From the IMG/VR virus record IMGVR_UViG_2698536647_000005: DNA of 25,289 nt, one strand, 5' to 3'. The notes under the pieces are model-generated. The model ran no database searches. It was not told where the DNA came from and saw only the letters and a list, made by a program, of their open reading frames with translations. Below, in pieces: positions 7,856 to 15,396 of the stretch. The stretch is from a virus. Its lineage: Duplodnaviria; Heunggongvirae; Uroviricota; Caudoviricetes. The translations under genes and the position numbers were made by a program. Position 1 is the stretch's first letter. Each line of letters begins with the position of its first letter.

Positions 7856-8419
7856 ATGGTAGACAGCATAAATACAGCAATCCGCCTGATGTGTAAGGCA
7901 CACAAGCATGGTCGCTTAGGTATGGCTTCCGATTTAGGGATGACTATCGACCAGTTCCACAACCACCTGTACCAGAAGTGTGGCAGTCGGTTCTTTACCT
8001 TGGCAGAACTGGAACGGATGGAGGACCTGTCTGGTTCTTGTTACTTGGCCGAGTACCAGGCGAACCGAAAAGGGAAATGGCTGGTGGATGTTCCAACTGC
8101 TGAGAGCCTGGATAACGTTGAGCTGTACAGCATTGAGATGAAAGCGGCAGCAGCATCTGGTGAGCTGGCTAATGCCAAGATGGCAGCAGCGGCTGATGGG
8201 GTAATTGATTCATCAGAGCGCAAAACGCTTTCAGAATTATTCAGTAAGAAGCTCCGCCACCAGATTCACGGGTTCCTGGGATTTATGGCGCTTTATGGGG
8301 TTGGTGTTTCAGATCAGGCGATTGACGTATTCGTTTCAACAGGCAGAAAAGGTGACGCCCGCGAGTGTGCAGCTCCGGGCGCCTTGGCGTGTCGTATCAG
8401 TGGAGAAACTAACGCATGA
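7856..8419 (+). CDS. YdaT-like or CII-like early regulator candidate, about 187 aa
   Basis: Internal ATG 7856 with a GAGGGAAA ribosome-binding site. Occupies the position of cII, directly after the Cro/YdaS-like gene. The family assignment is from memory and is weak. Confidence 0.4.
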   Translation: MVDSINTAIRLMCKAHKHGRLGMASDLGMTIDQFHNHLYQKCGSRFFTLAELERMEDLSGSCYLAEYQANRKGKWLVDVPTAESLDNVELYSIEMKAAAASGELANAKMAAAADGVIDSSERKTLSELFSKKLRHQIHGFLGFMALYGVGVSDQAIDVFVSTGRKGDARECAAPGALACRISGETNA

Positions 8420-8754
8420 ACAGTGTAAACCGATTCAGACCAGCTAAGCAATTCAGATGTTTGCCGCTGGTGGGTAAAGATGCCCAGTTCGGCTATGTGG
8501 AAATCATAAATAACGCGGCTGATGGAGGCAACTACCAGCCAGCAGACTTGATGGTAGAAGCATTTGTTCAGATGAACGAGAAGGGGCGCGAGGAATGGCT
8601 GAAGTTAACCGGCGGTTCAGAGATCACTACGGAGTTCCCGTCAGAGTTGTCCGCTGGGAGCCAGATACACAGCGCGTTATATACCTTCGCGAAGGGTACG
8701 ATCATGAGTGCTTCAGCCCTCTTGAACAATTCCAGCGTAAATTTACAGAATTAA
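8416..8754 (+). CDS. Hypothetical protein, 112 aa
   Basis: ORF with ATGA start/stop overlap with the upstream gene and a GGAG about 10 nt upstream. Confidence 0.5.
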   Translation: MNSVNRFRPAKQFRCLPLVGKDAQFGYVEIINNAADGGNYQPADLMVEAFVQMNEKGREEWLKLTGGSEITTEFPSELSAGSQIHSALYTFAKGTIMSASALLNNSSVNLQN

Positions 8755-8763
8755 AGGACGACC

Positions 8764-9618
8764 ATGAGCACTAAATTAACCGGTTACGTATGGGATGCAT
8801 GCGCTTCGTCAGGCATGAAGTTATCCAGCGTTGCCATCATGGCGCGTCTGGCAGACTTCAGCAGTGATGAAGGGGTTAGCTGGCCTTCCATCGCTACCAT
8901 CGCGCGCCAGATTGGTGCTGGTGAGAGCACGGTTCGTACAGCCATATCTCAGCTGGAAAAAGATGGTTGGTTAACCCGCCAGCAGCGCCGTAAAGGCAAC
9001 CGAAATGCATCGAACGTTTACCAGCTCAATGTTGCGAAATTGCAGGCTGCTGCCTTTTCTCACCTGTCAGATTCTGACGCATCAAAATCTGATGCCTCAA
9101 AAACAGACGCGTCAAAATCTGAGGCATCAAAAAACGATGAAAAAGGCGGTTTTCACCCGTCAGAATCTGGGGGGGATCCGTCAGTAAATACAACTACTGA
9201 TCCATCAGTTAAAAAACCTTCTTGTCCGGTTGCGCCGCAACCAGACCCTGAAGTGATGATCACCGATAACGCCATCCTAGTTCTGAATCATCTGAACCTG
9301 GTTAGTGGCTCACGATACCAAAAATCAAAAACTTCTCTGGAAAACATCCGTGCTCGTCTGCGTGAAGGTTACACCGTTAGCGACTTACAGCTGGTGATCG
9401 ACCTTAAGCATGAGCACTGGAACGGCAATGACGTGCAGTACCAGTACATGCGTCCTGAAACGCTCTTCGGTCCGAAAAAATTTGAAGGTTATCTGCAAAG
9501 CGGGATCCGCTGGGACAAGAAGGGGCGGCCACCGCGTGACAGCTGGGGTGAAAAGAAACATGACCCGATGAAGTTCGGTCCGGTTGATAGCAAGATTCCA
9601 GAGGGGTTCAGAGGATGA
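8764..9618 (+). CDS. Replication initiation protein (O-like; N-terminal helix-turn-helix, iteron-encoding linker, conserved phage C-terminal domain), 284 aa
   Basis: AAGGA ribosome-binding site. N-terminal helix-turn-helix (SWPSIATIARQIGAGESTVRTAISQLEKDGWL). The central linker is encoded by four tandem 15-bp repeats. The C-terminal region resembles the conserved C-terminus of phage replication proteins. Position is equivalent to lambda O. Confidence 0.7.
   Translation: MSTKLTGYVWDACASSGMKLSSVAIMARLADFSSDEGVSWPSIATIARQIGAGESTVRTAISQLEKDGWLTRQQRRKGNRNASNVYQLNVAKLQAAAFSHLSDSDASKSDASKTDASKSEASKNDEKGGFHPSESGGDPSVNTTTDPSVKKPSCPVAPQPDPEVMITDNAILVLNHLNLVSGSRYQKSKTSLENIRARLREGYTVSDLQLVIDLKHEHWNGNDVQYQYMRPETLFGPKKFEGYLQSGIRWDKKGRPPRDSWGEKKHDPMKFGPVDSKIPEGFRG
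9074..9133 (+). repeat. Four tandem 15-bp iteron-like repeats inside the replication gene, followed by an A-rich stretch: putative origin of replication
   Basis: Units CTGACGCATCAAAAT, CTGATGCCTCAAAAA, CAGACGCGTCAAAAT and CTGAGGCATCAAAAA, each with a dyad core of the form TGACGCGTCA. Followed by AAAAACGATGAAAAAGG. This mirrors the lambda arrangement of the origin inside gene O. Confidence 0.55.
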
Positions 9619-10946
9619 TGGAAAATAAATACTGCCGTGCACTGGCTGAACTCCGTTCAAAACCAGCACACGAGTTGAAAGAGGTCGGTGATCAATGGCG
9701 CACTCCGGATCTGTTGTTTTGGGGGATCAATGCGATGTTCGGCCCTCTGGTGTTGGACCTTTTTGCCGACGACAGCAACGCGAAGAGCCCAGCATGGTAC
9801 ACGGCTGAAGATAATGCCCTGACGCAGGATTGGTCAGAGCGGCTGGCAGAACTCGGTGGTGCCGGGTTTGGCAACCCGCCTTACAGCCGCTCTCAGTACC
9901 ACGACAAGCAGGCCGTTACCGGAATGACCCACATCATTAACCACGCTATGGCCATGCGAGAAAAGGGTGGTCGGTACGTTTTTCTCATTAAGTCTGCGAC
10001 GAGTGAAACGTGGTGGCCGGAAGAGGCAGATCACGTCACATTCATCCGTGGCCGAATTGGTTTCGATCTTCCTACATGGTTCGTGCCGAAAGACGAAAAG
10101 CAGCAGCCCACCAGCGCATTTTTTGCTGGCGCTATCGTGGTCTTCGACAAAACATGGCGGGGTGAGCGTTTCAGTTACATCAACCGCACCGACCTGGAGG
10201 CCAAAGGCCGTGCTGCGATGTCGCTGGCCCAATTTGCCGTGGGAAGAACGCAAACTGATGCGGCGCCAGAGCTGGACGCTGAGGTAGTGCCGAAGAAATC
10301 AGAGGCAGAACTGCCATTAACCCAAAAAGCCATTCTGGAAACCAGCGGTGTAGAGGCTTGGGCCTGTGTTGTCGCGGCGTTCGGCGAGAAAGACGAGTAC
10401 ACCTTCAGCGAGTCAAAGTTTGGTCATACCTGGGCTGCCGACTCTCTGGAAAACCCTGAATTTACCAATGTTTCACCGCTGACGATCGACAGAGCGAAAA
10501 AGCTGATCAGCGAGAGCATCCTGGTGGGTGTTAATGCATGGCTGGAAACATTGCCCTTTGATAGCGATGACGTGAAACAAGACATGTCAGAGCGGTTACG
10601 CACGGTTGCCGTTGAGTCTGCGAAAGAATACGGCATTAACCACAGTGAATTCATCGCGACCATGGAAAGCCTGGATAAAGCCAAATGGTCAAATATTCGG
10701 GGGATCCGCGCCCATGTCCGTGAGACGCAGGAATCAAAGGACAAGGCGTTAAACGAATCGCGCGTTTGGCCTCTTGAGGTTGGACTGGTGTTTAACCAGA
10801 TTGAAGGGGCTGACGCTCTACCTGTTTCGCAGCAGAACAAGCTGAAAGCCAACATCAATCAACTCTGGCTGGAACGAACGGCCACCAGCGAAATCATTAC
10901 TGCCGCTTCTGAACTTGTTCGCAATATGCGGGGAGAGGCCGCGTGA
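9615..10946 (+). CDS. Phage Dam-type N6-adenine DNA methyltransferase (N-terminal about 190 aa) fused to a roughly 250-aa domain of unknown function, 443 aa
   Basis: DQWRTP and LDLFAD motifs and the catalytic NPPY motif (GFGNPPYS) in the N-terminal half. Single uninterrupted ORF. ATGA overlap with the replication gene. The C-terminal half has no motif I recognise. Confidence 0.75.
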   Translation: MMENKYCRALAELRSKPAHELKEVGDQWRTPDLLFWGINAMFGPLVLDLFADDSNAKSPAWYTAEDNALTQDWSERLAELGGAGFGNPPYSRSQYHDKQAVTGMTHIINHAMAMREKGGRYVFLIKSATSETWWPEEADHVTFIRGRIGFDLPTWFVPKDEKQQPTSAFFAGAIVVFDKTWRGERFSYINRTDLEAKGRAAMSLAQFAVGRTQTDAAPELDAEVVPKKSEAELPLTQKAILETSGVEAWACVVAAFGEKDEYTFSESKFGHTWAADSLENPEFTNVSPLTIDRAKKLISESILVGVNAWLETLPFDSDDVKQDMSERLRTVAVESAKEYGINHSEFIATMESLDKAKWSNIRGIRAHVRETQESKDKALNESRVWPLEVGLVFNQIEGADALPVSQQNKLKANINQLWLERTATSEIITAASELVRNMRGEAA

Positions 10947-11329
10947 AACTGATCCTGCCTTTTCCTCCGAGCGTGAACACTTACTGGCGCGCCCCTAATA
11001 AGGGGCCGCTGGCCGGTCGTCACCTCATTAGCGCTGATGGTCGTAAATACCAGAGCGCTGCCTGCGTGGCGATCATTGAGCAATTACGACGTCTCCCGAA
11101 GCCATCGACTGAACTGGCAGCGGTTGAAATCACTCTGTACCCGCCGGATGCGCGCCGCCGGGATATCGATAATTACAACAAAGCCCTGTTTGACGCGCTG
11201 ACGCATGCGGGTGTCTGGGAAGACGACAGCCAGATTAAGCGCATGCTGGTGGAATGGGGACCCGTAGTGCCGAAAGGTCGGGTAGAGATAACGATCAGCA
11301 GATATGAACCGGCGGGTGCAGCCGCCTGA
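10943..11329 (+). CDS. rusA: RusA Holliday-junction resolvase, 128 aa
   Basis: GTG start overlapping the methyltransferase stop. LPFPPSVNTYW N-terminus and the acidic catalytic region RRDIDNYNKALFDAL ... DDSQI match the RusA family. Confidence 0.85.
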   Translation: MKLILPFPPSVNTYWRAPNKGPLAGRHLISADGRKYQSAACVAIIEQLRRLPKPSTELAAVEITLYPPDARRRDIDNYNKALFDALTHAGVWEDDSQIKRMLVEWGPVVPKGRVEITISRYEPAGAAA

Positions 11330-11342
11330 TATGGAGAAAAGT

Positions 11343-12026
11343 ATGAGCCAATTAGCAACAACAGCATTAACCATGTCCAGCAGCGATATTGCTGAGCTGG
11401 TGGAATCACGACATGACCATGTTAAACGGTCCATTGAACGCCTGGCAGAGCGCGGTGTTATTGAACTCCCCCCAATGGGGGAAGTTAAAAATCACCTCAA
11501 TCAGTCGGTATCGGTTTATCTGATAGGGAAGCGGGACAGTTATATCGTTGTCGCGCAGCTGTCGCCGGAGTTTACCGCGCGTCTGGTTGATCGCTGGCAG
11601 GAGCTTGAGCAGGCACAGCAGCAGACGATTCCTCAATCATTCTCTGAAGCCCTACGTCTTGCAGCTGACCTTGCAGAACAAAAACAACAGTTGACTAACG
11701 AACTGGCTGCCGCTGCGCCGAAGGTAGCGTTTGTTGATCGGTACTGTACAGCCAGTGGGTCAATGTCATTCCGCCAGGTGGCAAAACTGCTTAAGGCCAA
11801 AGAGCCAGATCTGCGGTTATTCCTCCTTGAGAACGACATCATGTATCGCCTTGGCGGAACGATGACCCCACGGCATCAGCATATTGATGCGGGCCGTTTT
11901 GAAATGAAAACCGGCACATCCGTAACCTCAAATCATGCATTCAGCCAGGCACGTTTCACGGCGAAAGGCGTACGCTGGATTGGTGGACTGTGGGCAGAAC
12001 ACATTGCCAGGGGGCAGGTCGCGTGA
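11343..12026 (+). CDS. Rha-family regulatory protein / antirepressor with a KilA-C-like C-terminal domain, about 227 aa
   Basis: GGAGA ribosome-binding site before ATG 11343. N-terminal Rha-like region (SSDIAELVESRHDHVKRSIERLAERGVIE) and a C-terminal KilAC-like region (AFVDRYCTASGSMSFRQVAKLLK ... DIMYRLGG). Confidence 0.6.
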   Translation: MSQLATTALTMSSSDIAELVESRHDHVKRSIERLAERGVIELPPMGEVKNHLNQSVSVYLIGKRDSYIVVAQLSPEFTARLVDRWQELEQAQQQTIPQSFSEALRLAADLAEQKQQLTNELAAAAPKVAFVDRYCTASGSMSFRQVAKLLKAKEPDLRLFLLENDIMYRLGGTMTPRHQHIDAGRFEMKTGTSVTSNHAFSQARFTAKGVRWIGGLWAEHIARGQVA

Positions 12027-13018
12027 GAGCTCTGCTTACCCCCGAGATCGCCCATCGTATGGGGATTGTGCTGTTCCGTCCCGGTACGGAACTGATGCAC
12101 CTCTTCATGCGTGGTCGCGTTCTGCTCGAGCCTGAACCAGAAGAAATGGCGTCATTCAGTACCGGGGCTGTTCCGGCAGCCATTCAGCCGCTAGCTGATG
12201 ATCCGGTAATGCGTCAGGTCTTCGAGAATGAGAGGGTTATTCAGCGTGCCGGTGGGCTTCCTTCCCTTGAGCAATGGTTGAGTAATCGGTTTGAATGCCA
12301 GTGGCCACATTCAACGTGGCACGACAAGAACTTCACAACAATGCGGCACCCACCAGGAAGTATTCGCCTGTGCTGGCATTGCGATCACACTTTGTCGGGG
12401 CAGCATACCGAACAGCTTGCAGGTATAGCGGCCGGAAACCTGGTATCCTGGATTCTGGAAGTCATTCGGCGTGATTCTGGTTTTCCCGAGTCGCATATCC
12501 TGACGCTTCCTGAACTGTGCTGGTGGATGGTCAGAAACGACCTGGCTGATGTTATTCCGGAAAGCGTTGCGCACAAAGGGTTGCGCCTTCCGGATGAGAA
12601 GATCCGTTCTGTCATGAGGGAAAGCGACATAGTGCCTTCCTCGTCAGCAACCAGACTCGTGCAGGAGAAGGCGAAGAAGATCCTCACGCTCTCTGTTGAT
12701 CCGGAGTCGCCAGAGTCTTTTATGCTCAGGCCAAAACGTCGCCGCTGGATAAATGAGACGTACACCCGCTGGGTTAAAACACAACCCTGTGAGTGTTGCA
12801 GACGGCCAGCAGATGATCCGCACCATATCGTAGGGCACGGTATGGGTGGTACAGCAACAAAAGCCCATGACCTCTTCGTGATCCCTCTGTGCAGAGAGTG
12901 CCACGACGAGTTACACGCCGATGTACCAGCATTCGAGCAGAAGCATGGTACGCAGCTTGAGCTGCTACTGCGTTTTATTGATCGAGCACTGGCGATCGGC
13001 GTAATTGCGACAGCTTAA
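12023..13018 (+). CDS. Nin-region DUF968-like protein with an HNH-like Cys/His motif at the C-terminus (putative nuclease)
   Basis: GTG at 12023 overlaps the upstream stop. C-terminal CECC ... HHIVGHG ... CRECHDELH resembles a zinc-bound HNH fold. The exact start is uncertain: in-frame ATG codons lie at 12059 and further downstream. Confidence 0.5.
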   Translation: MRALLTPEIAHRMGIVLFRPGTELMHLFMRGRVLLEPEPEEMASFSTGAVPAAIQPLADDPVMRQVFENERVIQRAGGLPSLEQWLSNRFECQWPHSTWHDKNFTTMRHPPGSIRLCWHCDHTLSGQHTEQLAGIAAGNLVSWILEVIRRDSGFPESHILTLPELCWWMVRNDLADVIPESVAHKGLRLPDEKIRSVMRESDIVPSSSATRLVQEKAKKILTLSVDPESPESFMLRPKRRRWINETYTRWVKTQPCECCRRPADDPHHIVGHGMGGTATKAHDLFVIPLCRECHDELHADVPAFEQKHGTQLELLLRFIDRALAIGVIATA

Positions 13019-13034
13019 GAAGTATGGAGACCGT

Positions 13035-13127
13035 ATGAATCTGGACAATGTTTTAAAGTTTTTTGCGCCTAAAGGCATGCACATCTCAGATACCAGCAGA
13101 GCGACAGCAATCTTCCTGCCTCAATGA
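13035..13127 (+). pseudogene. 30-codon ORF whose product resembles the N-terminus of the downstream Q-like protein; likely a recombination remnant
   Basis: My translation MNLDNVLKFFAPKGMHISDTS compared with MKLEASLKHFSPQGMHISDDV at 13307 (same strand, about 270 bp apart). Confidence 0.3.
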
Positions 13128-13303
13128 TTCGCTTGTTGAAGCAACGAGAGGGCGAAGGGTGGATCGGTGACATCGGAGCTAATTTCGACTCTCGCTCTCA
13201 CCAGTTCCTGGAAGGCGAGAAAAAACCATTTAACTACCTGGTCGTTAAGCCGCAAAGCGAGTTTGATCTCGAGTGGGAAGCCAGCAACGTAACGAGGGTT
13301 TGA
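13124..13303 (+). CDS. Small hypothetical nin-region protein, 59 aa (below the track's length cutoff)
   Basis: ATG at 13124 overlaps the stop of the preceding short ORF (ATGA). My translation: MIRLLKQREGEGWIGDIGANFDSRSHQFLEGEKKPFNYLVVKPQSEFDLEWEASNVTRV. Confidence 0.35.
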   Translation: MIRLLKQREGEGWIGDIGANFDSRSHQFLEGEKKPFNYLVVKPQSEFDLEWEASNVTRV

Positions 13304-13306
13304 GAT

Positions 13307-14143
13307 ATGAAACTTGAAGCTTCACTAAAACACTTTAGCCCTCAGGGTATGCACATCAGCGACGACGTGAAAGGAACCTCTCCGGACCGCCTTACAGGAA
13401 CAGATGTAATGGCGGCAATTGGCACCACCAGCAGCCGTGCGCGCTTCGGACTGGCGGCGTTCTTCGGTAAAGCGGGAATCAGCAAAACGGATGAACAGCT
13501 CGCAGTTCAGGCGCTGGCGCGATATGCGATGGATGTCGCACCGAAGAATGTTCGCAAAGCAGCTGGTGGGCAGTTCGGATGGTGCATGCAGATGTTGGCA
13601 CAATTTGCCTTTGCTGATTATTCACGTTCGGCGGCTACAAGCGTGACGTGTCACAGCTGCAGTGGTACCGGACGAACAACCCGCGAACAGATTACCCGCA
13701 AGGTTTCGTACCCATGGGGTAAAGCTCCATACTGGGCCTGCCGCTCTCGTGCTGTTCGACCGTCTGACTGGGAGCAGTGGATGGAGGTAACAGAGGTTGT
13801 ACCGGCGGTCTGTGATGCTTGCGAAGGCAAGGGAACGATCAGCGCCCGTTGTCGTTGCGGCGGTAAAGGCGAGGTTCTAGACCGCAAGGCCACAAGCGAG
13901 CGCGGCGCGCCGGTGTTTAAAACCTGCGAGCGCTGCAGCGGAAATGGATTTTCTGCGGTGCCGTCTACCGCAGCCTATAAAGTGATACTGAAGCGCGTTC
14001 CGGATCTGCACGTCAGAACATGGACTCGCAACTGGAAACCGTTTCTTGAGGCGCTGGTAAGCATTTGTCAGCAGGAGGAGGGAAACGCCGCAAGAGAATT
14101 TCAATCTGCAACCAGTTTAGGCGAAGAAGGTGACGAAATTTAG
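13307..14143 (+). CDS. Putative late-gene antiterminator (Q-like), Cys-rich with DnaJ-type CxxCxGxG repeats, 278 aa
   Basis: Last gene before a promoter-plus-terminator unit and the lysis cassette, which is the Q position. Three exact CxxCxGxG repeats (CHSCSGTG, CDACEGKG, CERCSGNG) and one variant (CRCGGKG). The functional call rests on position only. Confidence 0.45.
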   Translation: MKLEASLKHFSPQGMHISDDVKGTSPDRLTGTDVMAAIGTTSSRARFGLAAFFGKAGISKTDEQLAVQALARYAMDVAPKNVRKAAGGQFGWCMQMLAQFAFADYSRSAATSVTCHSCSGTGRTTREQITRKVSYPWGKAPYWACRSRAVRPSDWEQWMEVTEVVPAVCDACEGKGTISARCRCGGKGEVLDRKATSERGAPVFKTCERCSGNGFSAVPSTAAYKVILKRVPDLHVRTWTRNWKPFLEALVSICQQEEGNAAREFQSATSLGEEGDEI

Positions 14144-14162
14144 CATTATTACGACATAAGGC

Positions 14163-14192
14163 TTGATTTTGTCCGAAGTTGTCGTGTATGCT
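14163..14192 (+). promoter_or_regulatory. Putative late promoter (pR'-like)
   Basis: TTGATT (14163-14168), 18-nt spacer, TATGCT (14187-14192), about 40 nt upstream of a strong terminator. Would give a transcript of roughly 50-60 nt, analogous to lambda 6S RNA. Confidence 0.35.
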
Positions 14193-14232
14193 TCTAATCA
14201 TGCGGAGTAACGCCTGAAAGATTTAAACAATA

Positions 14233-14254
14233 AGCCCCTTGCGGGGCTTTTTTA
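14233..14254 (+). terminator. Intrinsic terminator (tR'-like), possibly bidirectional
   Basis: Stem AGCCCC, loop TTGC, stem GGGGCT, then TTTTTT. Abuts the stop codon of the convergent minus-strand gene 14252-15202. Confidence 0.7.
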
Positions 14255-15202
14255 TGGCAGCGAGTTAACGAAAGAACTGAAAAGGGCCTTATCTTTATTG
14301 CTAATTGATTTTTTCAAATGTAGTTGATGATTTAAAGGTTTAAAGTTTTCCTTTGTGAGATATATACATGCTTTCTCAAAACGATCCTGAAGGAATTGAA
14401 ATCTTTCATTCAGCCTGGAAACTTTTAATCCTAATGACATGACCTTCTTCTCAGGAATATCGTCAGGATTGCAATTATTGAGTTCTTCCAGCACAAGGCG
14501 AATATCTCTTTCGAAGATTAGCGCTATGTTATAATCGTTGAGGAGGCATTCAGGATTACGAACAATGCCAATTACTTCGTCGATGAATTGTGGTTTTACA
14601 TTATCCTCAGCATTTTCATCTTCGTTATCGGAAGGTTTTTGAGACATAACATTCGACAACTGCATTTCTTCCTTGGTTTTCCTTCTGGGAAGTAAAACTT
14701 TTCCATCTCCTAAAGCAGCCATACGTTTCAAAGCTTGACTCCCGGCTCGGCCAACTACTTTAGAATCTCTTAAATCTAAAATTTTATGTGCGACCCATTC
14801 TAATGATGGTTCACTGGCTTCGATTTTGGCTTTTGCTTGGTAATGGAGAAAAATATTTTTCTTGGCTTCCTTGAGGGCTGTTAGATATCTGTGGAAATTT
14901 GCCTTTTTCTCGAGGTCAGTGGCTAGGTTTTCAAATGCTATACCGAAGACTTTTGTACCGCAAACGTGACCCAGGTTCGTCTCCAGACCATCCTCAGTAA
15001 GAACAAGAAACCCTTTTTTATGGCCTGTTCGACAGCTCGACTTGCCACACGGGATTTCTTCCGGGAGGTCATCATAATAACCAAAAACATCGGATAATTG
15101 TTGATCGGTCAGTTCCAGCCTGGAATGATAGCTTTCCCGAGCTTGAATTTCTGTCCAGTCATTAATGCGATCAAAGCTATTGCCGTTTTTAATAAAAATC
15201 AT
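14252..15202 (-). CDS. Orphan hypothetical protein, 316 aa, low GC, antisense to the late operon (cargo gene)
   Basis: Uninterrupted 951-nt ORF with an AAGGGA ribosome-binding site. Visibly more AT-rich than flanking phage DNA (my estimate; not computed). Opposite orientation to all neighbours. Contains a C-x4-C ... H ... H-x-C cluster but no motif I recognise. Confidence 0.6.
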   Translation of the reverse strand: MIFIKNGNSFDRINDWTEIQARESYHSRLELTDQQLSDVFGYYDDLPEEIPCGKSSCRTGHKKGFLVLTEDGLETNLGHVCGTKVFGIAFENLATDLEKKANFHRYLTALKEAKKNIFLHYQAKAKIEASEPSLEWVAHKILDLRDSKVVGRAGSQALKRMAALGDGKVLLPRRKTKEEMQLSNVMSQKPSDNEDENAEDNVKPQFIDEVIGIVRNPECLLNDYNIALIFERDIRLVLEELNNCNPDDIPEKKVMSLGLKVSRLNERFQFLQDRFEKACIYLTKENFKPLNHQLHLKKSISNKDKALFSSFVNSLP

Positions 15203-15317
15203 ATCTTCCCTTGCTCTGGTTAGATTGAAAGCACTGCCGCTTGATATTTAACCATTTCCCTGATTGTTTTTCATCATAAAACCATATTATTGCAAGGGTA
15301 GTTTTACCTATGTATCT

Positions 15318-15394
15318 TCTTGCTCCCGGCCCTTTAGCTCAGTTGGTTAGAGCGTGCGACTCATAATCGCCCGGTCGCTGGTTCAAGTCCAGCA
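15318..15394 (+). tRNA. tRNA with CAU anticodon, ileX-like (tRNA-Ile2; tRNA-Met not excluded)
   Basis: Cloverleaf folded by hand: acceptor stem GGCCCTT/AAGGGCC, D-arm GCTC..GAGC, anticodon loop CTCATAA, T-arm GCTGG TTCAAGT CCAGC, 3' CCA. Close to E. coli ileX as recalled from memory. Confidence 0.8.
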
Positions 15395-15396
15395 AG

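Noticed and set aside
9074-9133. Tandem 15-bp repeats considered as a CRISPR array
   Set aside because: Units are contiguous with no spacers, only 15 bp long, in frame within a coding sequence, and there are no cas genes; an iteron or origin interpretation fits.
9834-10858. Minus-strand ORFs 9834-10253, 10175-10402 and 10424-10858 inside the methyltransferase gene
   Set aside because: Antisense to a gene with clear methyltransferase motifs and coupled translation; no independent support.
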